Of a stretch of DNA of 64,000 nucleotides, positions 39,901-52,720 are shown piece by piece; position 1 is the first letter of the stretch; every line of letters starts with the position of its first letter. The position numbers and the translations under genes are program-made. The notes beneath the pieces were generated by a model that saw only the letters and a program-made list of their open reading frames with translations, ran no database searches and was not told where the DNA came from. The stretch is from Camelus dromedarius (Eukaryota): the NCBI RefSeq assembly GCF_036321535.1, contig NC_087436.1, forward strand, positions 68,264,001 to 68,328,000. Reading direction: 5' to 3'.

Positions 39901-40299
39901 TTGTTTGTGGAGTTTTCTAAAATGCTGAAGGGACTGCGGTCTGACTTCTGGTACTCCCACAGGGCTTTGAGCGCAGGAAGGAAAGAAACTTAAACGGAGT
40001 GGAGCCACCAAGTGGGAAGAAGGTAACATTAACACATCGGACTCTAGGATCCTTGGACAAGTGTTGATGTAGAGAGGTTGGTGGCCATAGAGGAGGTGCC
40101 CTGTCTGTGAATGGGACTTGGGGAATTTTTTGATGTTCCTGTTCCTGACACCCCACCTGAGGATGGTACCTATTCACTGGGTTATTAAAATTTTCCTCTT
40201 GATATCTCAAGTAAGGCACTGTGGAGTTTGGAAGCCTCCACTGTTTAGAAATAAATGTTTCTCATGTATCTGGATGGAAACTCAGAGTGAGAGAGAAAA

Positions 40300-40520
40300 A
40301 GCATTGACTGAGAGCTCACTGCGTATCTGGTACTGTGCTAGGCATTTTGCATATAACATTTCAGCTGATTCCTATAAGAAATCCACTAGATTGGAGCTAC
40401 TGTTCCTTTTTTGCTGAGAAAACTGATCCTGAGGGTGCTGTTTTTCCCAAGTAGAGGCAGCTGGTAAATGATGATGCTGGAAGTGGAGCTTGAATCTATT
40501 TATGACCTACAGATGTCCTA
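40300..40520 (-). mobile_element. MIR SINE
   Basis: gcattgactgagagctcactgcgtatctggtactgtgctaggca...tgagaaaactga. Confidence 0.75.
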
Positions 40521-43237
40521 CCTTTGTGCTAGACAAACTGATACCCAGCACTGCACTTAACATATAGTAGACACAAGGCTAATGTGTGCTTGCAAGAAAG
40601 ACACAAAATAGAAAACAACTTGTTCAATAGATATTGACTGAGTGCCTACTGTGTGCCAGACACCATGAATCAACATAGGATAAATTTTACACTAAAACTG
40701 CAATTCAAATGTAAATCAGCTTTAATCTATGAAAATGAAATCAGGCTAGCAGGGAGGCCATAAATGAGTCTGTTAGAATATATCCCACAAGAGGAAGAGC
40801 AGGCAGGAAAAATGAGGTGAAGGGACATTGAGATAATGTAATTTTAAAATTGGCTCCTGTTCTCCTGAAATACTTTTAAGACTTTACTGCAAAATTACAT
40901 AGTCATCAGGAATATGCCATTTTTAAAAGACTTTCTCACTTGGGTCAGTGAATAAATAATAATACACGTTTAAAAATGCATGACTATTCATTAAACCATT
41001 GACCACTTCCAGCCTATTGAGTACATAAGTATTTTAAAAATTACTTTAATACATATTTACCCAATAGACCAGAAAAGTTCCTTTGGTACATGATATGCAT
41101 TTTAAAAGCTGCCTGCCTCAGGAGTTATCCTATTGGAACCAGACTCTGCTGCCAACTACATAATATGCATTTTAAAGAACAACCTAATTATGTGCTTCCC
41201 CAAGAGAACAAAGTTAATACTGAGGGTCAATAATTAGTACCTTCCTTTACCACCTTTTATTCTTTTCTGTCAAATAAAATGGAGGGGGAAAAAAGTTTAT
41301 AATTGCCCTTCTGTCTATTTTATCTCAACAACTAGTGTCCCATTGCATTTCTCACCTCTACCTTCAAAGAGGAAGAGAGAAGAGGGGGAAAGAGAAGGAG
41401 ATGGAAAACGTTAAAAACAAAAAAAGAAAAGAAAAGAAAACTATGTGTAATAAAAATTAAGTGCCTAGTCTGCATAAAGGCCCTCTGTTACCTAGTCACT
41501 GAGTCTGTGTCCATTGGCATGAGTTTGGGGTGTCTCAGCAGGGAATCCATTCCCATTCACACAAACATAAAATAAAAAGCTGTCTTTTCAACACATAGAC
41601 TAATTCACTAATTTCTCCACTCACTGTCCTCATTTTGCCACACTGCCACAGCAGGGCTATCAGTCCACCTGTGAGGGGTCCCTGACAGACAAAACAGCAA
41701 CCTTGACACCCTCTCCATAATCTTTCTCCCTTAATCTCTGGTGTTGCACAGCTACCCGCTTAGTTCTAAAGAACACACCTAGAATGGAAATCTCACTTAG
41801 TATTTAAGTATTAGATGTGGGCTGGTTGTAGAAGGTGAGTGATACGTCTGTGAGTACAGATGGCCGCTGTACACACTACTCCTACGTGTCATTCTTCCTC
41901 ACTCCCGACTGTGATAGCAGACACCCTGTGGTATTTATTTTATTTTTAAAACTCCATTTTGAGCAGAGGTTTGCTTCCTGTTTACCACTACTCCCCCACT
42001 GCTTAATCAGTCACATCCATCTACAAAAAGAAACTACGGAAAACTTTCACAAATTCTATTTGAGTCTTAAGAATCATCTGCCTTCTGTTCTAGATGTGTT
42101 TATTTTGTTCAGCCTGGAGAAATGAATTCAGGTTTGTTCAGGATGGGTAAGATAACCAAAGTCAAGTTTTTAAAAACAGATTCATCCCAGTAATTTATCA
42201 TTGATTCTTTCTTTTCATTTTTTAATCATTATTTCATAGTTAAAGAATACCCCAGATTTAAAAGTTGATGGGAATTTCTTAAAGATACTTGGTAATTTTA
42301 TAAAGGAGGAAATAAGTCTTAGTAGAGGCTAAGTGGACTATAATTAAGCAAGGTTTATTCGCATTAGCACAGTGATTAAAATATACTTAATATTTAAAGA
42401 AACAATTCTAATATCAAAAAGGTTTATCTAAATTTCCAGGCAATTGTACTAACGAGCTGAATGGTTCAACTTAACGTACCATGTTCTTCACTCTCCAGTT
42501 GACAAGAAGGTGTAATTGGAAACATTTTGTAAATATTAAATCATTATTTTATTGTGGGTATGGATACAGATGTATAGCAAAGAACTATATAAAATTTTAA
42601 AATAAGGAATGCCATCATAAGTCTAAACCAGCAATGTTCTGACACAACCACGTCTTGTTACGTAGATTGGCTTGTTTTAGACACATCACTCTCTATAAGT
42701 AGTAAATGCTACTTGAGGGTCAGGTTCATTTTATCATTTCATAACAGCTCTAAGATACAGACAAAACATTAGAACAAACAAGAAGGAGACTTAAAGTGTC
42801 CAGGCTGTTTGACGTGTTAATCATTTTCATAAGCCTGAGAAATATACCAATACCTGTTTGTTCAAGAGCATGCTCTCTTTTTGTTCTAATAATTTTAAAA
42901 ATAAATTTTTTATTTTCACCATATTAGGTTTGGTCATAATTAGATTCAATGTAACAAAATAAGACATACCAGAATCTAACTGAGTGCATTTTCTCGGTCA
43001 CTGTGAGTTTAATTGGTATTGGGGAAACCCATCTTTTATTCACTTTAAATATATTTTTTCCATATACTATTCTTTGGCACTTTTCTTCCAAAAGTTGTAT
43101 CACCTAAAGCAGCACCAGATCCATTCCTTAGGCAGGATATGATGCCCTCTCGTTGCAGAACTGAAAAAAGGATGACTTGAAAGGGCAATCAGATTTAGCA
43201 GAAAAGCTGGGCTTCACCAAACTTTGTTTCTAAAATC

Positions 43238-43238
<1 letters not shown>

Positions 43239-43276
<38 letters not shown>
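43239..43276. repeat. (TG)19 microsatellite
   Basis: Perfect dinucleotide run. Confidence 0.97.
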
Positions 43277-43280
<4 letters not shown>

Positions 43281-43344
43281 TAACAAAGAAAGAGAAAACA
43301 CAGATGCTCATGTTTAAGGGCTGCCCTTTTTTTCACTCCCAGTT

Positions 43345-43954
43345 GGGTTGCCAGATTCAGCAAATAAAACTATGGGACTACCAGTTAAATTTGAATTTTG
43401 GATAAACAAGAAATATTTTTATTTAGAAAATTTATAAAATATTATTATATTGTGTTTAAATAAGTATACCCCATACAGTATTTGGCATATACTTTTTTTG
43501 ATTATTTAAAAAAAATTTTTTTATTGAAGTATAGTCAACTTACAATGTGTTCATTTCTGGTGTACAGCATAGTGATTTAGTTATATGTGTATATATATAC
43601 ATATATCCTTTTTCATTTTAGGCTATTACAAGATATTGAATATAGTTCCCTGTGCTATACATTAGGACCCTGCTGTTTATCTTTTTTATATATAGTAGTT
43701 AGTATCTGCAAATCCCAAATTTCAAATTTATCCCTTCCTACCCCCTTTACCCCTGGTAACTATGTTTGTTTTCTATGTCTGTAAGTCTGTCTCTGCTTTG
43801 TAAATAAATTCATTTGTGGCCTTTTTTTTTTTTAGGTTTCTACATGTAAGTGATATATGGTATTTTTCTTTGGCATATACTTTATACTTAAATTTGTTTT
43901 TTATTTATCTAAAATTCAATTATAACTGGACTTCCTGAATTTATCTGGCAACCC
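43345..43954. mobile_element. MER53 palindromic hAT MITE, split by an L1
   Basis: Terminal inverted repeats gggttgccagat...atctggcaaccc; long inverted arms ccagttaaatttgaattt / aaattcaattataactgg. Confidence 0.88.
43496..43868 (-). mobile_element. L1 3' UTR with 15-bp TSD
   Basis: TSD tttggcatatacttt at 43481-43495 and 43869-43883; antisense ttattgaagtatagt...atagttccctgtgctata. Confidence 0.93.
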
Positions 43955-44429
43955 AACCACCAAGGTTTATTATTAAAGAATATCTTGGGGGTAAGATCAA
44001 GCTAAAAACTCCCCTAAAATTGGCCCAAGTTTAGCAAGTTTTTTTGTCTTTAACTGAAAAAAATTTTTAAACAATGAAGGCAATCTTGAGATGAAAGACT
44101 GATGTCAAGTGCAGAAACAGAATCACAGTGAGTGCCACTGGGTTTACAGCACAAGACATTCTCCTCTAGGCATCCAGAGCATGCGCTCCTTTTCTAGTAG
44201 ATTCGCCCCCCAGAAAGGACTTTGGGCATCACTTTTCCCTGCTTTTCTGGAGATGACTTTTATCTTTTCTGGAATCCTATATTTTGATTTACCTAAAGTG
44301 TTTCTGAGTGATTCTAGTACATTGTACACACAAAGCTCATCACTACCTCCAGGGGTTGACATTTTGCCAGTGTCCACTTTACTTCCCTTTAAATTCTTTC
44401 CCCCGCCCCAGTTACAACCTAATTGTTGC

Positions 44430-45135
44430 ATGTGTTCCCTCTACACACTTTCAGAACCTCACCAGGCAATGTTATGATTTTTGCTTCAATTGTCAAACAT
44501 AATTTAGAAAACTCAAGAAGAGCAAATCAACTGTATTTACCCATTTTTTTTATTTTTCCATTTTCTTTTTTCCTTCCTGATGTTCTAATATTCCTTTTCT
44601 CTTATCACTTCTTTTCTTTTTCAAAACTCCTTTATTCAAACATTATTTCAAACTTCCTTCAGCCATTCTTCTAGGGTGGGTCTGCCAGTGACAAATTCTT
44701 TTAATTTTCCTTCATCTGAGAATATCTTGATTCCCCCTTCATTCCTGAAGGACATAGAATCCAGGCTGATAGGTCTTTGTTCTCAGCACTTGAATTATGT
44801 TTGCTACTTCCTTCTGGCCTCCATGGTTTCTGATGAGAAATCCACTGTTATTCAAATTATTTTTCCCTTAGAGGTAAAGAGACCATCATTTCTCTCTCAC
44901 TGCTTTCAAGATTTTTTGTCTTTAGTTTTCAGGAATTTGTTTATGATGTATCTGGATCTGTATTTCTTTGGATCTACCTTGTCTGGGGTTTAATCAGCTT
45001 CTTGAATCTGTAGGTTTATTGCCAAATGTGGGAATTTTTCAGCCATAATTTCTTCAAATAACTTTTCAGCCCCATATCATTGTCTTCTTCTAAAACTTCA
45101 ATGACACAAATGTTAAATCCTTTGTTATAGTTCCT
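44430..45135 (-). mobile_element. old L1M internal fragment (antisense)
   Basis: cttctggcctccatggtttctgatgagaaatcc, gcttcttgaatctgtagg, ttttcagccataatttcttcaaata. Confidence 0.8.
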
Positions 45136-45290
45136 GGAGAGGGCTGCAGAAATTGAGAACTTGACAGCAGATATCCTGTTTGTCTCCATCCTGTGTTCCT
45201 TCCCGGTGCACCGCTGGGGGCAGCAGTATTGGCTGATGGCCTGATGGTGCAGTGTCCTTTGTTTACTGATAAGGTAGGCGGCATTCTTAG
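45136..45290. mobile_element. probable LTR fragment
   Basis: GC-richer segment with tggctgatggcctgatgg...tcctttgtttactgata, recalled as a laurasiatherian LTR motif; abuts the L1 break. Confidence 0.4.
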
Positions 45291-45899
45291 ACCTCTCTAC
45301 TTCAGTCTCAGAAGTATCTCTTTTTCTGTACGCTCTATAGATCTCATCCTAATCCGTCTCTTTTGAAATCATATTCTATCAAATTTCCCTCTTTTTCCTA
45401 AACTCTCAAACTTTTACTTTTTTTAATGTCTATCCTTCATCCTGAATACATACTCACATCCCTAGCAAAAAAAGAAAAAAAGAAAAGAAAAATTCCCTAT
45501 GTCTCCTTTAGCTGTATCCTTATGAATCATGGTTTTTTCACAGCCAAGAGTAGGCAACAGTGCTGACCTCCCCTTCTTCTCATCACTCTGTGCTAAACAC
45601 AGACTCAGAGAGATAGAGGAGAGAGAGCCCATGCATCCTTCATAGGTCAGAATAACGTTCCTAAGTCTCAGTGTAATGTTTCAGTACAAGCACCAATCAA
45701 ACATTGTATTTTGTCAGAAACAAGATAAAATTTCAAAAAGATATGAAATTTACTACATGAAATCATAAAATTTTTTCATGTTCTATTTATCCTGCAGCTG
45801 AAAACCACCTATGTTTTCCATCCAAACAGAAAATAAAAAAGACTTCCATTGCTATCTAACATTATGACCTGTAATTATTACATCCACCTTTTCTGAGCT

Positions 45900-46790
45900 T
45901 CATCTTATAGATTCCTTTATCATGAATGTCTATGTTTCAACCCACTCATTCCTACCTCTGCCCTCACCATCCCCACTGAAGCTATTCTTAATTATTGGCA
46001 TCAATCTCTTCTTCGTCCTATATGAAAGGAACACCTTTCAGCCCTCAGCTCTTTGAAGTCACATGATTAAACATGGTACTTCTTCATCCATGAAATCCTC
46101 TTCTCCACTGGAATATTTAAAGATATTCCTTCCTGTTCATCTTCCTACCTACTCAACTCTTCTTCTCAGTCATGAATGCCCCCTCCTTAAATATTTGTGC
46201 TCCCTCACACTCTATACATTTCCCTGGACAAGCCCCTCCATACTATGGTTTCAACTGCCATTTCTGTGCTGAGGACTTCCAAATGTTAATCTCCAATCCC
46301 AAGCTCACTCTTGAGTTCTTTCCACCTGGATATTCCCCAAACTCAGACAAATCAAAAAGCAATCTCATCCTCTTTAAGACTAAATCTGCTCCTCCCCTTT
46401 TATTTCATCTTTCAGAAATGGCATCTAACTTAGTCACTGAAGTCAGGAACACCTAGCAGAGTGCAATAACAGATTAAGGACCTTTTGCTTATAATGATAT
46501 TTGTCTTATTATAATTTGCATGCTAATTCTTATTTTTTACATGATACAGTGAGTTTATTGTTGACTTCCTAAAAATGGCATCCAATACAGTTTTGGTGAG
46601 TTAATAAAGGAAAATGGAATTTATCTAGGACAACACTAGTAACCACAAGTCTTCCTTTGGGATGAAATAGATCATTCCCACTCTGCAGGGATTTGTACCT
46701 AGGTGTGTGTCCACTGCTGCATGCCAGCATCTGAAACTACCTCGCACATAATGGGTACTCAATAAATATTTGCTGAATGAAAGAATAAAA
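45900..46790 (+). mobile_element. degenerate L2 pieces including the 3' tail
   Basis: ctcaataaatatttgctgaatgaaagaa at ~46758-46787; pyrimidine-rich L2 body. Confidence 0.65.
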
Positions 46791-46864
46791 GTGCTTTTTC
46801 ATACAGACTTTGTTTTCCACACTTTTCATAAGTCTAAGACTATAGTAGTGTCCTAATTACACTA

Positions 46865-47566
46865 TGCATTAGTTATCTATTACTACATAATAAATTAGCC
46901 CCAAAACTTAGTGACCCAAAACAGCATTTATTATCTCACTAATTCTGCAGTTCAAGAATCTGAGTGATGCAGACAGAAAACAAACTTATGGTTACCAGTG
47001 GGGAAAGTGAGTGAGAAGGAATAAATTGGGAGTTCGAGATTTGCAGACACTAACTACTATATATAAACTAGATAAACAACAAGTTCATACTGTATAGTAC
47101 AGGGAACTTTGTTCAATATCTTGTAGTAAACTATGATAAAAATGAAAAAGAATATGAAAAGGAATATATATATGTACATGTTTGACTGAAACATTATGCT
47201 TTATACCAGAAATTGACACTTTATAAACTGACTATACTTCATTTTAAAAAAAGAATCTGAGTGATGGTTAGCTGGGTTCTTGGCTCTGGATACCTCACAA
47301 GGCTGCATCTTAAGGCTCAACTGAGAACCTTCTCACTCACCTTGAGAGGAAGCAAGTTAGAGGGGAGGAGAGGGTGCCAGCAAGATGAAAGTCACAGTCT
47401 GCTGTAGTCTAACCACAGAAGTTGACAGCCATCACTTTTGCCATATTCTGTTTAAGAAACGAGGTCCATCCACACTCAAGGGGAGGGACTTCATGAGGAC
47501 ATAAACACCAGGGAGAAAAGGTAGGGGAGTGTTCATTGAGAGTTATGTCACAAGCTGCCTACCACA
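46865..47566 (-). mobile_element. MaLR MLT1 LTR, split by an L1
   Basis: tgcattagttatctatt...ccccaaaacttagtg...catcacttttgccatattctgtt...gctgcctaccaca. Confidence 0.85.
46970..47250 (+). mobile_element. L1 3' UTR with 16-bp TSD
   Basis: TSD aagaatctgagtgatg at 46954-46969 and 47251-47266. Confidence 0.95.
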
Positions 47567-49454
47567 TCATATATAAATACTCTTCTGAGGAGTAGGAAGC
47601 CACTATGGACAGAAACACTGGAGGCCACAACTAAAACTACACTTATTAAAATATTCCAGCATGTGAGGAAACATTCACTTCTTTGCACCCTTATTAGTAA
47701 ACAAACAATTTTTCTCTAGGGACAAAGAAGCCTTTCTTCTCTGTTATCTGAGCTCAAAAATGTCTTCAAGAATGAGATTTGAAAAAAAGAAGAATGAGAT
47801 TAGATTAAGTTGCAAGCATATTTTAAAACCCTATAGTTCACATCCAGACTTTCCCCTTCCCTTCTCTACCCAGGCCAACCACCTACATAAAATAGCAATG
47901 AGAGGCTAGATTCCATTGTCAATTTGGTCAGACTGATTTTGAGCTGGATTCAAAGTTGAGGACCAGATGTAAATGCAAAGGTCAATATCTGTCTGGCACA
48001 ACTTCCCACACACAAATGACCTATTGACTACCTCATAGGCAAATTGCCATCAAGAGTTTCAAGTTCCACATAACCTCAAAGGACACTAAATCTATTCATT
48101 TCAGTCTTGCTTAGTATCCACAGTAGATGAAAAAGGATTTAGTAACTTGATTAGATGAATGGTGATTGGTTTTAGGAGTCAATTCTATTATTTGTTTGGT
48201 AGAATTTGGACAACACATTGAGCTTAGAAATTAATAGAATTGTGTGTGGGGATTTAGAGTGCTCAGAGGATTCTTTTGGTCACGGATGGTTAAAACTGCT
48301 TGGTTAAAGATTTCATAGGCTTCCACATACAGTTTCTAAAGCAAAAGCTGATTCTTTGTATATTTAGCACCAACTATTCATTGTTGCCAGAAAATGATAA
48401 CCTTGCCAGAAAATGAGAACAAAGAAGATTTTGAGTTCTTCTTGAAAGACAGTGAATTTGAGATGGCTGATTGTGAGTTAATTGCCTCTGAACATTTTTG
48501 AAATTGCTGCTTGTGCATTTTCTTATTGCTGACAGGTTCCCTAATATTGACAATGGGAATTGTTTTAAGCAAGATCGTGCAATTTAGTTTTACCTCCTTT
48601 TTTCTAGACCTGTAAGTGTGGAAGTAATTGATTCTCTTTGGCATAGCTCTTGGGGTAAAACTTATGTATTAGTGACCTTGATTTGGGGGACCCACAAAGA
48701 GGTGGAAGAGGTTGAGAACTAAAGAACAGTGCTTCTTATATCAAAGAAACCCCAAAGGAAGTGAGGAAAAACAAGTATATGGCTCAAACTCCAAAATAGG
48801 GAAGGAAGGAGAGCACATGAAGACTCAAAGGTGATGACCTGACAACAACCTGGCATGGTGGTCTTATGATGGGGAGGGATCTGGTCTGTCTGTGATTTGT
48901 GATCTTTCTTCTACCTCCAACCTGCTGTGTGATCTTGGAGCTAGGCCTTGTAATATGCAAAATGAAAGTATTGAAATGCTTGATCTTTAAGGTCCAAATT
49001 CTAGCTATAAAATTCTCTACTGGGACTGAGAACGGATACTCAACCAAATCATGAAGTAGATAAATTTCCGGCCTACAACTCCCTATCAATTTACATTTCC
49101 TTCCTCTTGGCATCTTTCCCCAAGAATTCTCTTCAATCTCCAGATCTTATCTGGGTGAATATTTTTACTCCTCGGGCAGTCAAATCGTAATTAATGCTCC
49201 ATAGTTGATTAGTAATAAAGATGTTAGCTGATAATGGCTGAATGAATGACCCTTCTCACAAGTAATAGCATTTTAAACATAAATTGAATTCTCGAAGACT
49301 AAAACATCATGACCCCAAAGCCTGAAATTATAGTGACGAACTGAGGGGAAGTAGAGTTAGTTTTTTGAGTATAAGTAATCATCTACCCTGCTTATTCATA
49401 AAGCCATCCTGACTGATTTGTCTAGAGTGAGAAGTTCAAGGTAAAAAGAGTTGG

Positions 49455-49670
49455 AAAAATACCATACTAGCACAACTTTGAGAGCAGACAGACTCGAAGT
49501 CCCTGTTCTCCTTTTTGCTAGCAGTTTGAGCAATCTATGAATCTGTCTGATGGTAATTCTTATCTATAAAACTAAACTAATAATACCTATGTCCCAGAAT
49601 TATTTTAAAGAATAAAGAAGACAATATATCTGGCACATAGTACCCATGTGACAGCTGCTGACTGTCATTA
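49455..49670 (+). mobile_element. MIR SINE
   Basis: ttatctataaaactaaactaataatacctat...tctggcacatagta. Confidence 0.6.
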
Positions 49671-50619
49671 TTATTTCCTTATTCCCGGGAATGTAGTGAT
49701 GAACCTCATTTTAAAAAGCAAATAATGTTATTTTCAATCCCGTATGGAAACTCACAAAAAGCTTTGCTGTTTTTTAAAATGAATATATACACCATATAAG
49801 AAGATCTCTGACTGTAAAATAATAATACTGGCTCAGCATAAGAAAATCAGTCTGATTATTTTGTGGTTAATTTTAAATAATGGGTTGTTTGAATACTGCT
49901 TTACCTTGTGAAATCAAATCTTTCTACTTTCAATGGATAGTTTTCAGTCCCTCATTAATGATGGATAATTTCCCTAAGTCTTCAAAATTATCTGTCCTGT
50001 TTGGATAATCTTTAAATGATGGAAATCAATTTAATTAAAATAGAAAAGAACTGACCCCATGCCATGAATAAAACAAGTACAAATGAGAAATTAATCCAAA
50101 ACAGAAGCTCCCGGGATCTTCACACTTCATTAGCCCTTGGACACTGGCTAGTCAATATTAGTACTGTAGCCTGATTTTAGTATTTAAATCCCTTTAAATT
50201 TTATTCAGATCTATAGCTTTTGCCTTTAAAGACAAAGTATTGAGGAACTATGGGGCCATGAGCTGAGTGAGTGTTCTTTCCACCAACAGGGCCAAAAGGT
50301 AGCCTCACACAGGGAGACCTGCCTATAAAGTAAAACTGTCCTCTTCCCTCCTCCAGCTTTCCATCTGCAGGGTTCAGAGGGATTCCCAAGTACCAGGCGT
50401 AAGCCCATCTCATGGTCCTTCACACCCTCACTGCCTAGTGTCCAGTGAAAATGGCAGAACTTTGCAACTCTAGGTAAGACTGCCATCCTTTTGTCCTGCC
50501 TCAACACTGCCAGTTCAGGCTAGCCTTGAGACCATCAGTACTAACTTCATAATGCCTTTAATTACTGTTTGTGTCTTCATCACAAGAAACCCAGGACACC
50601 CTAGCCATCCTTGTTCCCT

Positions 50620-52300
50620 GAACTTTTTTCTTATTTTCCCTGAGAAAAATGAAATAATCAGATGACTTTAACAAGTTTTCCTACTATTCCCACTCCCCTA
50701 TCCATCTAAGTTCTCTTCCTTCTTTCTCGTTACTATGAATTAACTGTTCATGTTCCTAGCTAAGGTTAATGCCTCTACTTTGCAATAGAGACCATCATCT
50801 CTTGCCTGCTTGAATATTGGTCCAGCTGATTTCTTCTCTCTCTTGCATATTGTTCACTTTTTCCAGTGCCTCTCTTTCATCATCATGCAAGCATGGTAAT
50901 CTTTCTCTCATTAAAACACAATTTGTCTCTTGATTTCACCTCTATTTTCTTTTAAGTTCATTCCAATAAGATTTTTGCCTCCATGATTCCATGAAAAGTC
51001 CTCTTACTCTTATCATTGTCAACATGACTTCATCATTATTAAATCCAAGAGTCCATTCTTAACTCTCATCCTACTTAACCTATGAGGAACATTGGACACA
51101 TTTGATCATTTGCTCCTTCTTGACATGGCTTCTAAATCTCCATACTCCCCTGACTTTCTAATAATTCACCAGGTAGTTCCTATGGTCTGTGTGCTAGTTT
51201 CCTCACAGCTCACCAGCGTTAACAATTGAGTAACCCAGGATTTGGTCCCTGAGCCTCATCTACTTGGTGATTTCATCCAAGGCTTTAAATATTGCCTCCA
51301 TGATGATGCCTCCCGAATTTAATCTCCAGCCAGGGCCTCGCCTCTTAACTTCAAACTACCCCTCAACATCTCCACATGCATGACTAATAGGCATCTCAAG
51401 GGTTGAATGCTCCAACTGAGTGCCCAAATTGATTCTTCTCCCCAGATCTTCTATCACAGTCTTTCTTAGTGAAGAACAGCTTCTTTCTTCCAAATTGCTC
51501 AGGCCAAAACCCTCAGAGTCACTCAACTTTTCTCTCTCTTGCACACATTTACATCTTATCCTATCCAACAACAAATCCCACCAACTGTATCTTCAAAATA
51601 TTTCCAGAGTCCAACCACATTTCACCACCTCCACCACTATTATCCTGGCTCAAGCCACCATCACCTTGTGCCCAGAGTATTGCAATGGCTTCTTAAGTGG
51701 TCTCTTTATGACTTTCTGTATATTCTCAACACTGTAGCCACAGGGATCCTAGGGAAACCTATAAGTCAGATCATATCACTCTTCTGCTCGAAAGTCTCTA
51801 ATATCTCACTCAGATTAAGAGCCAATGTTTTTACAAAGGCTTCCAAAGCCATATAAAATGTAGCTCTTTGCTGACTTTCATCTCCTATAATCTCACTCCT
51901 CTATGTCCCTACCCTGCTGGGCATCTTGTTCTTCCTCAGACTTGCCAGGTACAGTTTCACATGAGTGTCTGTGTTCGCTGCCCTCATGGCCTGGAATGCT
52001 CTTCCCACATACACACACACATGACTCAATCTTTCATCTCTTTATGTGTGGTCTTTGTTCAGATGTGCTCTTCTCAAAAAGGTTTCCTCCAATCACCATA
52101 TTTAAAAATAGAAACCCCAACTCTGACCCTCTGTCCCCATTCACTGCTTTGTTCTTCTCTTTTTCAACTTTCACCATATAACATGTATGTGTTCTACTTA
52201 TAGTCTTTATTAACTATCCATCTCTATTAGGATGAAAACCTCATGAGACCAAGGATTTTTAATCTCATTTTATTCTCTGTTCTCACAGGTACCTAAAGCA
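50620..52300 (+). mobile_element. long L2 LINE fragment
   Basis: ctaataggcatctcaa, ttgctcaggccaaaacc, ccaagccacca-like segment, aagtcagatcatatcact, gcctggaatgctcttcc. Confidence 0.85.
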
Positions 52301-52399
52301 AAGCAATTTGAAAAATGGAAAAATTCTTAGATGCTCAGGAAATAGACAAAATAGTCAATTATAGTGATGTTATAATAATAATACTATCCAAATATTAAC

Positions 52400-52720
52400 G
52401 TAATATTTACTATAGGTTTTTTTATATATATGCTATTTTAAAAATTAACTCTTTTCATTTTCAAAACAAATCTCTGAGTAGATAGTATTTTTGTCCACAT
52501 TTTAGAGATGAAGAAATTGACACCCAGAATGGTTAAGAAGCCCACTCAAGATCATAAGATGATGTGGGGAATCATAATTTGAACGTGGAATTTACACTTA
52601 ACTTCTCTAGGTTCTGCTTCCTCTGTTAAAATTGGGAAAATAAGATGTTCCTTGCAGGGTTGTTATGAGGATTATAGATAATTTCTACAAAGTATAAACA
52701 CAATAGACTAGCACAGTGTC
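52400..52720. mobile_element. two adjacent MIR fragments in opposite orientation
   Basis: cattttagagatgaagaaattga (minus) followed by ctgttaaaattgggaaaataa...agggttgttatgaggatt (plus). Confidence 0.7.

Noticed and set aside
45208..45225. CTCF-like motif ccgctgggggcagc
   Set aside because: It needs a gap or several mismatches to fit the core, and it lies in a probable LTR fragment.
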